Of a stretch of 64,000 nt of DNA, positions 43,231 through 51,822 are shown in pieces. The DNA is from Tagaea sp. (lineage in GTDB: Bacteria; Pseudomonadota; Alphaproteobacteria; CACIAM-22H2): NCBI GenBank assembly GCA_965279525.1, contig CBDIIB010000005.1, forward strand, positions 1,536,001 to 1,600,000. The letters are read 5' to 3'. Each line of letters opens with the position of its first letter. Position 1 is the stretch's first letter. A program made the translations under genes and the position numbers. Under the pieces are notes generated by a model. That model made no database searches and had not been told where the DNA came from. It saw only the letters and a program-made list of their open reading frames with translations.

Positions 43231-44040
43231 TTGGAATTGGCGTTGCGCGCACGGCATTTCATCGCGGTCTGGCTGGTCTTCGGCGTTTCCGCCGCCTTCG
43301 CCCAGGGCGGCCCGTCCCACCCGGTTCCCGTCATGGGGCCGGCGGTCGAGAACGTCGCGGCACGCTGCGAGGTGCCGGCCGAAATGCTGCGTCTGCGCCA
43401 TCCGCTGCCGCGCGTCGCCCGGCGTCTGGCGGAAGGAAAGACCCTGACCGTCGTCGCCCTCGGCTCGTCGTCGACCGAAGGTGCGGGCGCTTCGAGCCCC
43501 GCACTCGCCTATCCCGCCCGGCTCGAGGTCGAACTGCACGCGCTGTTCCCGCACATGGCGGTGACGGTCATCAATCGCGGCGTCAGCGGCGAGGAAGCCC
43601 AGCAGATGTACGCGCGCATCGAGCGCGACGTGCTCGCCGCCGAGCCCGACCTGGTGATCTGGCAGGCGGGCGTCAATTCGGCGATCAAGGACGCACCGCT
43701 CGAACAGTTCGCCGAGACGCTTTCGGCGGGCATCGATCGGGTGAAGGAACGCGGCATCGACGTGATGCTGCTGGGGCCCCAGAACGCGCCGCGCTACGTC
43801 AACGCCCCGCACCGGCGCGAATATTCCGATCACCTGATGCTGGTCAGCCGCGTGAAGGAAGTGCCGATCTTTCCGCGCTTTCGCGTGATGAACCACTGGC
43901 AGGCTACGGGCCAGATCGTGGCGAAAGACGCGATCGCGGCCGACCGGCTGCACATGACCGACGCCAGCTACTACTGCATCGCCAACCTGCTCGCGCGGAT
44001 GATCGCGTCGGCAGCGCCCGCTGCTTCAGCGACGCGATAG
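43231..44040 (+). CDS. SGNH/GDSL hydrolase, secreted
   Basis: ALGSSST, NRGVSG, WQAGVN and DRLH motifs. Confidence 0.88.
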   Translation: MELALRARHFIAVWLVFGVSAAFAQGGPSHPVPVMGPAVENVAARCEVPAEMLRLRHPLPRVARRLAEGKTLTVVALGSSSTEGAGASSPALAYPARLEVELHALFPHMAVTVINRGVSGEEAQQMYARIERDVLAAEPDLVIWQAGVNSAIKDAPLEQFAETLSAGIDRVKERGIDVMLLGPQNAPRYVNAPHRREYSDHLMLVSRVKEVPIFPRFRVMNHWQATGQIVAKDAIAADRLHMTDASYYCIANLLARMIASAAPAASATR

Positions 44041-44041
44041 T

Positions 44042-45115
44042 TCACGCCTCGTCGAAATCGAGCACGATTTCGGCGCTCGTCGGACGCGACTGGCAGGCGA
44101 GCACGAAGCCCTTGTCCAGTTCCCACGGCTCCAGCGAATAGTTCGCGGCCATCTCGACCTCGCCGGCGCGCTTCAGGCAGCGGCAGGTCGAGCACACGCC
44201 GCCCTTGCAGCTGAAAGGCAGGTCGAGACCGGCTGCAGTTCCCGCATCGAGGATGCTCGGGCCGTCGAAGGGAACCTCGAAGACCTGCCGGATGCCGTCG
44301 CGCACGACGGTGACGCGCGCGGCCCCTTCGCGTCGTGCGATTGAAGGACGGGCGCCGGCAGGCCGCGAAGCCGCATCGGGGGCAAGGAACAGCTCGGCAT
44401 GTACGCGCGATGCCGGCACGCCGAGGCCGGCCAGTGCCGCCTTCACCGTCTCGACCATCGCGAACGGGCCGCACAGATAGAAGCCGTCGGCGGTGGCGGG
44501 ATCGAACAGCGCTTTGGCCAGTGCCCCGATCTTCTCGGCGTCGATCCGGCCGTCGAGCAGGGGCGTGTCCTGTCGTTCGCGGCTCAGCACATGGACCAGC
44601 GACAGCCGCGTCATGTACCGGTTCTTGAGGTCCTCGATTTCCTCGCGGAAGATGATCGAGTCGACCGTGCGGTTGGCATAGACGAGCACGACGCGCGATC
44701 GCGGCTCGCCCGCCAGCACGGCCTTGGCGATAGAGATCACCGGCGTGATTCCGCTGCCGGCGGCGACCAGCACGTGAACGCGCGCGCAGGCCGCATCGAT
44801 CGCCGGGCCGAAATTTCCTTCGGGCGTACCGACCGCGATCCGGTCGCCGGCTTTCAGTTTCGCGTTGGCAAAAGTCGAGAAGGTGCCGTCTTCCACGCGC
44901 TTGACCGCGACGCGCAGCTCGTTCTCGTGGGGTGCCGAACAGATCGAATAGGAGCGCCGCTCTTCTTTGCCGTCGACCCCGGCCTTCAGAGTCAGATACT
45001 GACCGGGCGCGAAGCGGTAGGAAGCGGCCAGTTCCGGCGGCACGCGAAAGGCCAGGGAGACGCAGTCGGCGGTCTCGCGGCGGACATCGGCGATTTCGAG
45101 TTCGTGGAATTCCAT
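44042..45115 (-). CDS. paaE: Phenylacetyl-CoA epoxidase reductase subunit
   Basis: PGQYL, RRSYSIC, AAGSGITP, CGP and 2Fe-2S motif CKGGVCSTC. Confidence 0.93.
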   Translation of the reverse strand: MEFHELEIADVRRETADCVSLAFRVPPELAASYRFAPGQYLTLKAGVDGKEERRSYSICSAPHENELRVAVKRVEDGTFSTFANAKLKAGDRIAVGTPEGNFGPAIDAACARVHVLVAAGSGITPVISIAKAVLAGEPRSRVVLVYANRTVDSIIFREEIEDLKNRYMTRLSLVHVLSRERQDTPLLDGRIDAEKIGALAKALFDPATADGFYLCGPFAMVETVKAALAGLGVPASRVHAELFLAPDAASRPAGARPSIARREGAARVTVVRDGIRQVFEVPFDGPSILDAGTAAGLDLPFSCKGGVCSTCRCLKRAGEVEMAANYSLEPWELDKGFVLACQSRPTSAEIVLDFDEA

Positions 45116-45630
45116 CAGATGCACTTGAAGTATTCGAAAGGCTCGGCGCACGCGTTGCAGGCGTAAAGCGCCTTGCACGCGGTCGAGCCGAACTGGCTGG
45201 TCTTGCGCGTGTCGCGGGAGCCGCAGCGCGGGCAGGCGATGGCGGGATCCGGTGCGAACAGGGCATCGCGCATCGCAGCTGCCTTGCCGGCGGGCGGGGC
45301 GATGCCGTAGGCGGCCAGGCGCGCGCGTGCGTCGGCGCCGATCCAGTCGCTTGTCCAGGCGGGCGCGTTGACGAGCGTGATGTCCGGCCGGCCAAGACCG
45401 GCCGCCTCGATCGCGGTCTCGACATCGAGACGGATCGCGGCGGTCGCAGGACAGCCGGTATAGGTCGGCGTCAGGTCGATGGCGAGCCGACCTGTCTGCG
45501 CGCGCACCGCGCGCACGATACCGAGATCGACGACGGACAGGACCGGCACTTCGGGGTCCATCACGCGTGCGAGCACGTCCCATGCGCGTGCGATGCGTGG
45601 ATCTTCAAGAGCGGCATCCTCGATCACCAT
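45115..45630 (-). CDS. paaD: Phenylacetyl-CoA epoxidase subunit PaaD
   Basis: DPEVPVLSVVDLG, TPTYTGCPA, CPRCGS and C..C.EPFEYFKC motifs. Confidence 0.93.
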   Translation of the reverse strand: MVIEDAALEDPRIARAWDVLARVMDPEVPVLSVVDLGIVRAVRAQTGRLAIDLTPTYTGCPATAAIRLDVETAIEAAGLGRPDITLVNAPAWTSDWIGADARARLAAYGIAPPAGKAAAMRDALFAPDPAIACPRCGSRDTRKTSQFGSTACKALYACNACAEPFEYFKCI

Positions 45631-46382
45631 TTTGACCCCGGATAGGCGCGCGGCAGGAATTGCATGGTGGCGAGAAGATGACCGAGCTCCTCGCCGTGCC
45701 GGCCCTTGAATCCGCCGGTCTGCATCCAGCCGGAGGCCGGCTGCACGAGCGTGGCCTGTGCCAGCACGTCGTCGACCGTCCGCGACCATGCCGCCCGAAT
45801 CGGCGCCATGTCGGGCGCCACGCCCGCATCGACCAGCATGCGCGCGGTCGCGTCGGTCTCGAACATCTCGCCGGTGAAGGGCCAGAACAAGTCGAGGGCG
45901 GCTTGCGCGCGCGCGTGGCTTTCGTGCGTGCCGTCGCCCAGCCGCACGACCCATTCGCCCGAATGGCGCAGGTGGTAGCGCGCTTCCTTGACGCCTTTGG
46001 CGGCGATGCCGGCGAGTTCGGCGTCGGACGAAGCGGCCAGCCCGGCGTACATCTCGACCTGCCAGGCGTCGAACAGGAACTGGCGCATGATCGTGTGCGC
46101 GTAGTCGCCATTGGACCGCTCGCAGAGCAGCAGGTTGCGGAAATCCCACGCGTCGCGCAGGAACGCGAGCGCGTCGGCGTCGCGCCCCTGGTTTTCGATA
46201 CGCCCGGCGTAGCCCAGCAGCGCGTCCGCCTGCCCGGTCAGGTCGAGGGCGATGTTGGCGAGCGCGATATCCTCTTCCAGCTCGGGCGCGTGCCCGCACC
46301 ACTCGGACACGCGATGGCCCAGCACGAGGCACGAATCCCCGAGCCGCAGCAGGTATTCGAACAGGGCTGCGCGTTCGTCCAT
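45624..46382 (-). CDS. paaC: Phenylacetyl-CoA epoxidase subunit PaaC
   Basis: EWCGHAPELEEDIALANI, KEARYH and RLGDGT motifs. Confidence 0.95.
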   Translation of the reverse strand: MDERAALFEYLLRLGDSCLVLGHRVSEWCGHAPELEEDIALANIALDLTGQADALLGYAGRIENQGRDADALAFLRDAWDFRNLLLCERSNGDYAHTIMRQFLFDAWQVEMYAGLAASSDAELAGIAAKGVKEARYHLRHSGEWVVRLGDGTHESHARAQAALDLFWPFTGEMFETDATARMLVDAGVAPDMAPIRAAWSRTVDDVLAQATLVQPASGWMQTGGFKGRHGEELGHLLATMQFLPRAYPGSKW

Positions 46383-46384
46383 CG

Positions 46385-46681
46385 TCAGATGTTCTTCACG
46401 TCGGGCGGGATTTCGTAGAAGGTCGGATGGCGATAGACCTTCGAGACCATCGGCTCGAACAGGCTGTCCTTCTGCGCCGGATCGGACGCGACGATGTCGC
46501 CCGAGCGCACGACCCACACGCTGACGCCCTCGGCGCGCCGGCAATAGACGTCGCGGGCCATCTCGACGGCCATCGTGCCGTCGATCGCGTGCAGCGAGCC
46601 GACATGCCGGTGGGCAAGGCCGTTGCGCGAACGCACGAACACCTCGTAGAGCGGCCAGTCGGTCCGGATCGTTTCGCTCAT
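46385..46681 (-). CDS. paaB: Phenylacetyl-CoA epoxidase subunit PaaB
   Basis: WPLYEVFVR, HVGSLHA and KVYRHPTFY motifs. Confidence 0.95.
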   Translation of the reverse strand: MSETIRTDWPLYEVFVRSRNGLAHRHVGSLHAIDGTMAVEMARDVYCRRAEGVSVWVVRSGDIVASDPAQKDSLFEPMVSKVYRHPTFYEIPPDVKNI

Positions 46682-46686
46682 CGGTC

Positions 46687-47691
46687 TCACTCCGCTGCCT
46701 TGGGCGCGCTTCGGCGGGCACGCTTGGCCGCGAAGGCCGCAGCCGCCTCGCGCACCCATGCGCCCTCGTCGTGCGCCTTGCGCCGTGCGGCAAGCCTGTC
46801 GCGGTTGCATGGGCCGTCGCCGGCGACCACGCGGTTGAACTCGGCCCAGTCGATGGGACCGTGGTTCCAGCGGCCGGAGCCTTCGTCGAACGCAAGCGCC
46901 GGATCGGGAAAGGTGAGGCCGAGGAAGTGGCCCTGCGGCACCGTGACGTCGACGAACTTCTGCCGCAGCTCGTCGTTCGACACGCGCTTGATCTTCCACG
47001 CGGCGTTCTGCGACGAGTGAATCGAATCCTTGTCCGACGGCCCGAACATCATCAGCGCGGGCCACCACCAGCGGTCCAGCGCGTCCTGCGCCATGCGCTT
47101 TTGCGCGGGCGTGCCTTGCGCGAGCTTGAGCATGAGTTCGTAGCCCTGGCGCTGGTGGAAGCTTTCTTCCCGGCAGATGCGGACCATCGCGCGCGCATAG
47201 GGGCCATAAGAGCAGCGGCAGAGCGGCACCTGGTTCATGATCGCGGCCCCGTCGACGAGCCAGCCGATCGCGCCGATGTCGGCCCAGCTCAGCGCGGGAT
47301 AGTTGAAGATCGACGAATACTTCGCCTTGCCGGCAAGCAGCTGGCCGACAAGTTCGGATCGCGCCACGCCCAGCGTCTCGGCGGCGGAATAGAGATAGAG
47401 GCCATGGCCACCTTCGTCCTGCACCTTGGCGAGCAGGATCATCTTGCGGCGCAGGCTGGGTGCGCGCGTGATCCAGTTGCCCTCCGGCAGCATGCCGACG
47501 ATTTCCGAATGCGCGTGCTGCGAGATCTGGCGAACGAGCGTGCGCCGATAGCCCTGCGGCATCCAGTCGTTGGGCTCGATCTTCTCCTCGCGGTCGACGC
47601 GCGCCTGGAAGGCGGCGAGGGCGGCGGGATCGTCGGCAGGTGCCGGTGCGCCGCGCGCGTCGCCGCGCGGGTCGAGGCCTTGGGTATACAT
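46687..47691 (-). CDS. paaA: Phenylacetyl-CoA epoxidase subunit PaaA
   Basis: [23 protein letters not shown] and EESFHQRQG motifs. Confidence 0.97.
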   Translation of the reverse strand: MYTQGLDPRGDARGAPAPADDPAALAAFQARVDREEKIEPNDWMPQGYRRTLVRQISQHAHSEIVGMLPEGNWITRAPSLRRKMILLAKVQDEGGHGLYLYSAAETLGVARSELVGQLLAGKAKYSSIFNYPALSWADIGAIGWLVDGAAIMNQVPLCRCSYGPYARAMVRICREESFHQRQGYELMLKLAQGTPAQKRMAQDALDRWWWPALMMFGPSDKDSIHSSQNAAWKIKRVSNDELRQKFVDVTVPQGHFLGLTFPDPALAFDEGSGRWNHGPIDWAEFNRVVAGDGPCNRDRLAARRKAHDEGAWVREAAAAFAAKRARRSAPKAAE

Positions 47692-47722
47692 GCGCGTTCC
47701 TCCCGTCGGGCGAGCGTCAATA

Positions 47723-47762
47723 TGTCACAAAATCTATCTCTTCGTAACAGTTTTACGTGACA
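47723..47762. promoter_or_regulatory. Candidate PaaX operator (inverted repeat) upstream of paaA
   Basis: TGTCAC-N28-GTGACA in an AT-rich patch overlapping the paaX stop codon. Confidence 0.55.
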
Positions 47763-48651
47763 CATCGCCGGCAAAACGGCGTTTCGACCCGGACGCAGGC
47801 GGCAGCAGTTTGCCTTTCGAATCCAGCAGATTGCGGCTGATCCAGGCGTCGGCAGCCGGCCGCAGTGCCCGATAGAGTTCGCCCGCGAAACGCCGTGCGG
47901 CCCCGCCGACCCAGTCGCGCGGCAGGAGCTCGCCCGGCAGGCCCGGGTCGCGCAGGGCAAGGCGCCGGAACGCATGGATCAGGCGAACGCGCCCCTCGAC
48001 CGCCGCCTCCCCGGCAAGGCCCTTGCGGGCCGCGCGAGCAAGCGGTGCGAACGCGTCGATGAAATCGCGATAACCGCGCCCAAGTGCGATGAGGTCCCAA
48101 CCCTGCCGGACAAGTGCCTGCGCCGCGGCGCCGTCGGTTCCCGGCCCTTCGACGATCAGCGGGCGCAGCGGGCGGGGAAGATCGGCCAACAGCGAGGCGA
48201 GTGCGGCCGGGTCGGGGCTCGGATGCAGCAGCGTCTGCGGGCCGATGGTGCCAAAGCCGAGCCACGAGAGCGGCCGGCGGACCCGTTCGCGCTCGCCTGG
48301 CGCAAGCTCGGGCAGTAGCGCCACGCACCAGCGCCCGTTCCACGCGCGCGGCCGGGCGGCATAGATGCGCGTCTCCGCTTCGCGCGTGCGCTTGAGGCCG
48401 GACGCCGACAGCGCATAGAAGGCATGCCGTCCGATGCGCTCGGACACGAGCCAGTCTTCCGCGACCAGCCGCGAAAGTGCCGTGCGCAGCTGGCTGTCGT
48501 TGACGGCGAACGGGGCGAGGACGCGCGCGAGCCCGGCATAGGCGACCTCGCCGCCACGCGGGGCGACGATGTCGCCGAACACGGTGACGATCAGCGAGCC
48601 TGCGCGGATCGGTACGGGCTCGCGTGTCGCGTTGTTCCGCCGGATTGCCAT
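47734..48651 (-). CDS. paaX: Phenylacetate catabolism repressor PaaX
   Basis: SLIVTVFGD, RTALSRL, WLGFG and DPGLP.ELLP.DW.G motifs; adjacent to paaA. Confidence 0.93.
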   Translation of the reverse strand: MAIRRNNATREPVPIRAGSLIVTVFGDIVAPRGGEVAYAGLARVLAPFAVNDSQLRTALSRLVAEDWLVSERIGRHAFYALSASGLKRTREAETRIYAARPRAWNGRWCVALLPELAPGERERVRRPLSWLGFGTIGPQTLLHPSPDPAALASLLADLPRPLRPLIVEGPGTDGAAAQALVRQGWDLIALGRGYRDFIDAFAPLARAARKGLAGEAAVEGRVRLIHAFRRLALRDPGLPGELLPRDWVGGAARRFAGELYRALRPAADAWISRNLLDSKGKLLPPASGSKRRFAGDVSRKTVTKR

Positions 48652-48702
48652 GCTGGGCCCGAGCCTAGGCGAGCAGCGCCTGGAAATCGACCGCGATCGC
48701 GC

Positions 48703-49218
48703 CTAGATCGGATCGCGGTGCGCCGGTTCCGGTTCGGGCGACGCGGCGGGCAGCGCTTCGAGCCGCTCGGCCAGGTCGGCCTTTAGCGCGCGCATGGCGT
48801 CCTGGAGGTCGAGGGCGGCCGGACGCAGCCCGCGCGCCGACGGCCGCGACATCGTGGCGAGAACCGTTCCGTCGCGCGGATCGACGACGGCCACCGATGG
48901 ATGCACCGCACCGTCCCAGCGGAACGACAGGCGAAGGCGGAACACCTCGCTGCCGTCGGGGTCCGCCAGCACGCGCTCGAAGAGGTTCGACATGTCGGCG
49001 ATGGCGCGACGCGCCATTGGCACGAAGAAGCCGTTGGCTTTCAGGGACTCGTTTCCCGGCGCATCGACCTGTGCGGGTTCGAACGCGACGGTCGCGCCGA
49101 TCGTGCGCGCGGGCGGCGTCGGCGCGTAGTCGGTCCACGTCCATTCGTAGTCCGAAGGCGCGCCGGCTGCAGGCAGGGCGGCGAGGGCCAACAGTGCCGC
49201 GAGCAGTCGCCGGCGCAT
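48703..49218 (-). CDS. Secreted hypothetical protein
   Basis: Signal peptide MRRRLLAALLALAALPAAG; TGATG coupling to the upstream gene. Confidence 0.65.
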   Translation of the reverse strand: MRRRLLAALLALAALPAAGAPSDYEWTWTDYAPTPPARTIGATVAFEPAQVDAPGNESLKANGFFVPMARRAIADMSNLFERVLADPDGSEVFRLRLSFRWDGAVHPSVAVVDPRDGTVLATMSRPSARGLRPAALDLQDAMRALKADLAERLEALPAASPEPEPAHRDPI

Positions 49219-50495
49219 CAGTTGCGCAGGCGTGCGAGTGCGCGCGCGGATTCGACGGCGACCGCTACCAGCGCGCTGCCGCTGTCTTTCGGTGGCCGGC
49301 CCTTGGCAGCTTCGATTGCCCCGGCGGTGTCGGACAGGACCGGGTTCTCGTCGAACTCGTGCGCGACCGAGGCCCAGTGGTGGATCTCCGCGCGCCGCAG
49401 GTCGCCGCGGATCGCGGCGATGTCGCGCAAGGTCCGGTCGCGGTGTACGCCGTTGGGCAGGCCGGCGACTGCGGTGGCCGGCGCGAGGTCCGGCGCTAGG
49501 ACGGCGCGGCCGACGGCAACGAGAGCCTGCACGGTCAGACGTTCGCCCGGCGCATCGATGCGGGCGAGGGCCGCCTGCGCGGCCTCGAGCAGCCGCTCCG
49601 CGCCCGCCCGGTCACCGGCGCGCGCCGTCACCTGCGCCACCGCGGCCGAGCCGATCGCGCGCGGGCCTGCCTGCTTCTCGTCGATCCGCGCGAGGGCGGC
49701 GGTCGCCCCCTCGATATCGCCGGCGCGCGCCTGCACGACCGCGATGCGCGAACTTGCATAGGCGGCTTCGGCCGGCACGCGGATGTCGCCGACCAGGGCG
49801 AGGGCGGCGGTGGCGCTGCCGGCCTTTGCCTGTTCGACCGCCACCTCGCCCAACGCCCACGAACGTATTTGCGGCGATTCGAGGCGCCGCGCTTCGGCGG
49901 CAGCACCGGCGAAGTCGCCGCGCCGCGCCAGTGCTGCGGCGAAATGGGCGCCGGTCCAGCCGCCGCGCGGGCCGGGCGGCAGGCGCATCTCGGCGCGGCG
50001 CGCAGCAGCGATGTCGTCGAACTCGGCATGGCCGCGCACGAGGCTTGCAACCAGCGCGGCCTTCTCGGCCGGGGTCGGCACCTCGTCGACGATGCGTGCG
50101 ACCGCGTCGAGCATCTGCTGGGTGCGGATCTCGATCGCCGACTCGAGTTCGCCGACGCGGTCGCGCACCTGACGGGCGTTGGCGGCACCGGGTGCGGCGG
50201 CGAGATAGGCGCGTAGCCAAGCACCCGCGATCGCCTCGCGCCCCCCCATCCGGTCGAAGGCGAGGCCGAGATTGAGCAGGACCGCCGGATTGTCGGGCGC
50301 GCCTTCCCGCGCGAGACGGAAGTAGCGGATCGCCAGCGACCATTGCGACTGGCGCGCCAGCGTCACGCCGCGCTCGACATTGGCTGTCACCGCCGCCGGG
50401 ACGGCGGCGTCCTGGGCGCGCGCGGGACTGGTGGGCGCGCCCGCGACGACCGCCGCGAGCAGCAATATGACGACGCGATGCCGGCGTTTCATCAT
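49218..50495 (-). CDS. Secreted TPR/alpha-solenoid repeat protein
   Basis: Signal peptide; TPR-like unit (AI.YF..A....P......NLG); repeated A..(Q)ARxGD..GA helical units. Confidence 0.75.
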   Translation of the reverse strand: MMKRRHRVVILLLAAVVAGAPTSPARAQDAAVPAAVTANVERGVTLARQSQWSLAIRYFRLAREGAPDNPAVLLNLGLAFDRMGGREAIAGAWLRAYLAAAPGAANARQVRDRVGELESAIEIRTQQMLDAVARIVDEVPTPAEKAALVASLVRGHAEFDDIAAARRAEMRLPPGPRGGWTGAHFAAALARRGDFAGAAAEARRLESPQIRSWALGEVAVEQAKAGSATAALALVGDIRVPAEAAYASSRIAVVQARAGDIEGATAALARIDEKQAGPRAIGSAAVAQVTARAGDRAGAERLLEAAQAALARIDAPGERLTVQALVAVGRAVLAPDLAPATAVAGLPNGVHRDRTLRDIAAIRGDLRRAEIHHWASVAHEFDENPVLSDTAGAIEAAKGRPPKDSGSALVAVAVESARALARLRN

Positions 50496-50608
50496 GGGCC
50501 CCTCCCGACGTCCGTGCGGTTAACGGCGTGGCGATCGAGCGCGACTATGATATTATATGCGGCGTACTTGTTGAACGCTGAATCCCGGCTCCGATCGGAG
50601 AGCGTTCC

Positions 50609-51151
50609 ATGCAGGGACTTGCGTATCGATCGTCGATCCTTGTTGCGGCGGGCCTGTGGTGCGGCGCACTGGCGGGCTGCCAGGCCGTCGACACGCCGAT
50701 TCCGGTAACCGGTTCCGCGAAGGATCTCCCGCCGCTCGTCTACGGGCGCGAGATCGACATCGAAATCGAAGCGGTGAAGGAATGGCAGAGCGCCGGCGTC
50801 GCGGTCGAGGCCGGCGATGCGTACAGGCTCGTCGCGTCCGGACAGTGGTCGGTCGGCGCGTTCTGCGGCCTCAGTGACGCCGACGGCAACGGCGTGTCGC
50901 CGCTGTGCGAGGCCGACATGCTGGGCATCGGCGCGCGCGGGTCGTCGCTGATCGGACGCATCGGCCGCACTGGCAGGCCCTTTCCGGTGGGCAGCAACCG
51001 CATCCTGAAACCCGCCGAAGCGGGCGAACTGTTCCTGCGCTCGTACGACTGGCTGCCGGCGGACAACACCGGTTCGATGCGCGTCCGCATCCGGCACGAC
51101 GACGCGGCGGTCGGGCAGGGCCCCGCTCCGTCGCATCGCGATCCGATCTGA
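50609..51151 (+). CDS. Lipoprotein with a LecA/PA-IL-like beta-sandwich domain
   Basis: Lipobox LAGC; WQSAGV.V.AG, ASGQW, SLIGRIG..F.VG, GELFL and DNTGS.V.I pattern. Confidence 0.7.
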   Translation: MQGLAYRSSILVAAGLWCGALAGCQAVDTPIPVTGSAKDLPPLVYGREIDIEIEAVKEWQSAGVAVEAGDAYRLVASGQWSVGAFCGLSDADGNGVSPLCEADMLGIGARGSSLIGRIGRTGRPFPVGSNRILKPAEAGELFLRSYDWLPADNTGSMRVRIRHDDAAVGQGPAPSHRDPI

Positions 51152-51159
51152 CGGCGCCG

Positions 51160-51822
51160 ATGCGGCACTCTCACCCCTTGCGCGCGTGGCTGCTGGCAGC
51201 AGTACTCGCGGCCTCGTTCGCCGGGCCGGCTGCGACGCAGACGGCCGACCTCCAGCGCGCGTGGGAGGCGCTGCAGCGCGGCGACGTCGACGGCGCACTG
51301 CGGCTGCTCGGTGCAGCGGTTTCCACCGGCGGGCTTGGCGTGAGCGACGTCGGTGCGGCCTACAACATGCGCGGGCTTGCCCATATGAAGCGCGAGGATT
51401 TCGCCAGCGCCGAGGCCGACTTCAGCGTCGCGTCGACGCTGATCCCGGATTTCGCCGCCGCAGTGACGAACCGTGGTCTCGCACGCGCCAAGCTCGAGAA
51501 CTACGACGCCGCGATCACGGACTTCTCGCGCGCGCTGGAACTCGCCCCCGGCGAACCCGAGGTCCTGTTCATGCGCGGCAACGCCAGGTTCGACGGCGGC
51601 GATCCGGCCGGCGCGGCCGCCGACTATGCGCTGGCGATCGGCCGCGCGCCCGGCCACTGGATGGCGTTGATGAATCGCTGCGACGCGCTGGGCCGGCTTG
51701 GCCGCCTGGACGAGGCGCGGGCCGACTGCGAGCGTGCGCGGCCGCTCGCACCCGACAAGGCGGCCGTCGAGCGCATCGTCCAGTCACTCGGTGCGCCCTG
51801 CGACTGCGTGCGTGCGCCGTGA
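51160..51822 (+). CDS. Secreted TPR protein
   Basis: Signal peptide; about four TPRs (YNMRG..A.ADF; NRG..AI.DFSRALEL.P; RG; NRC). Confidence 0.85.
   Translation: MRHSHPLRAWLLAAVLAASFAGPAATQTADLQRAWEALQRGDVDGALRLLGAAVSTGGLGVSDVGAAYNMRGLAHMKREDFASAEADFSVASTLIPDFAAAVTNRGLARAKLENYDAAITDFSRALELAPGEPEVLFMRGNARFDGGDPAGAAADYALAIGRAPGHWMALMNRCDALGRLGRLDEARADCERARPLAPDKAAVERIVQSLGAPCDCVRAP

Noticed and set aside
41185-47068. Long N-terminal extensions on GMC, paaE, paaD, paaC and paaB in the ORF track
   Set aside because: These are upstream open frames overlapping the preceding genes. Family-typical starts with stop/start coupling lie downstream, so they are not fusions or frameshifts.
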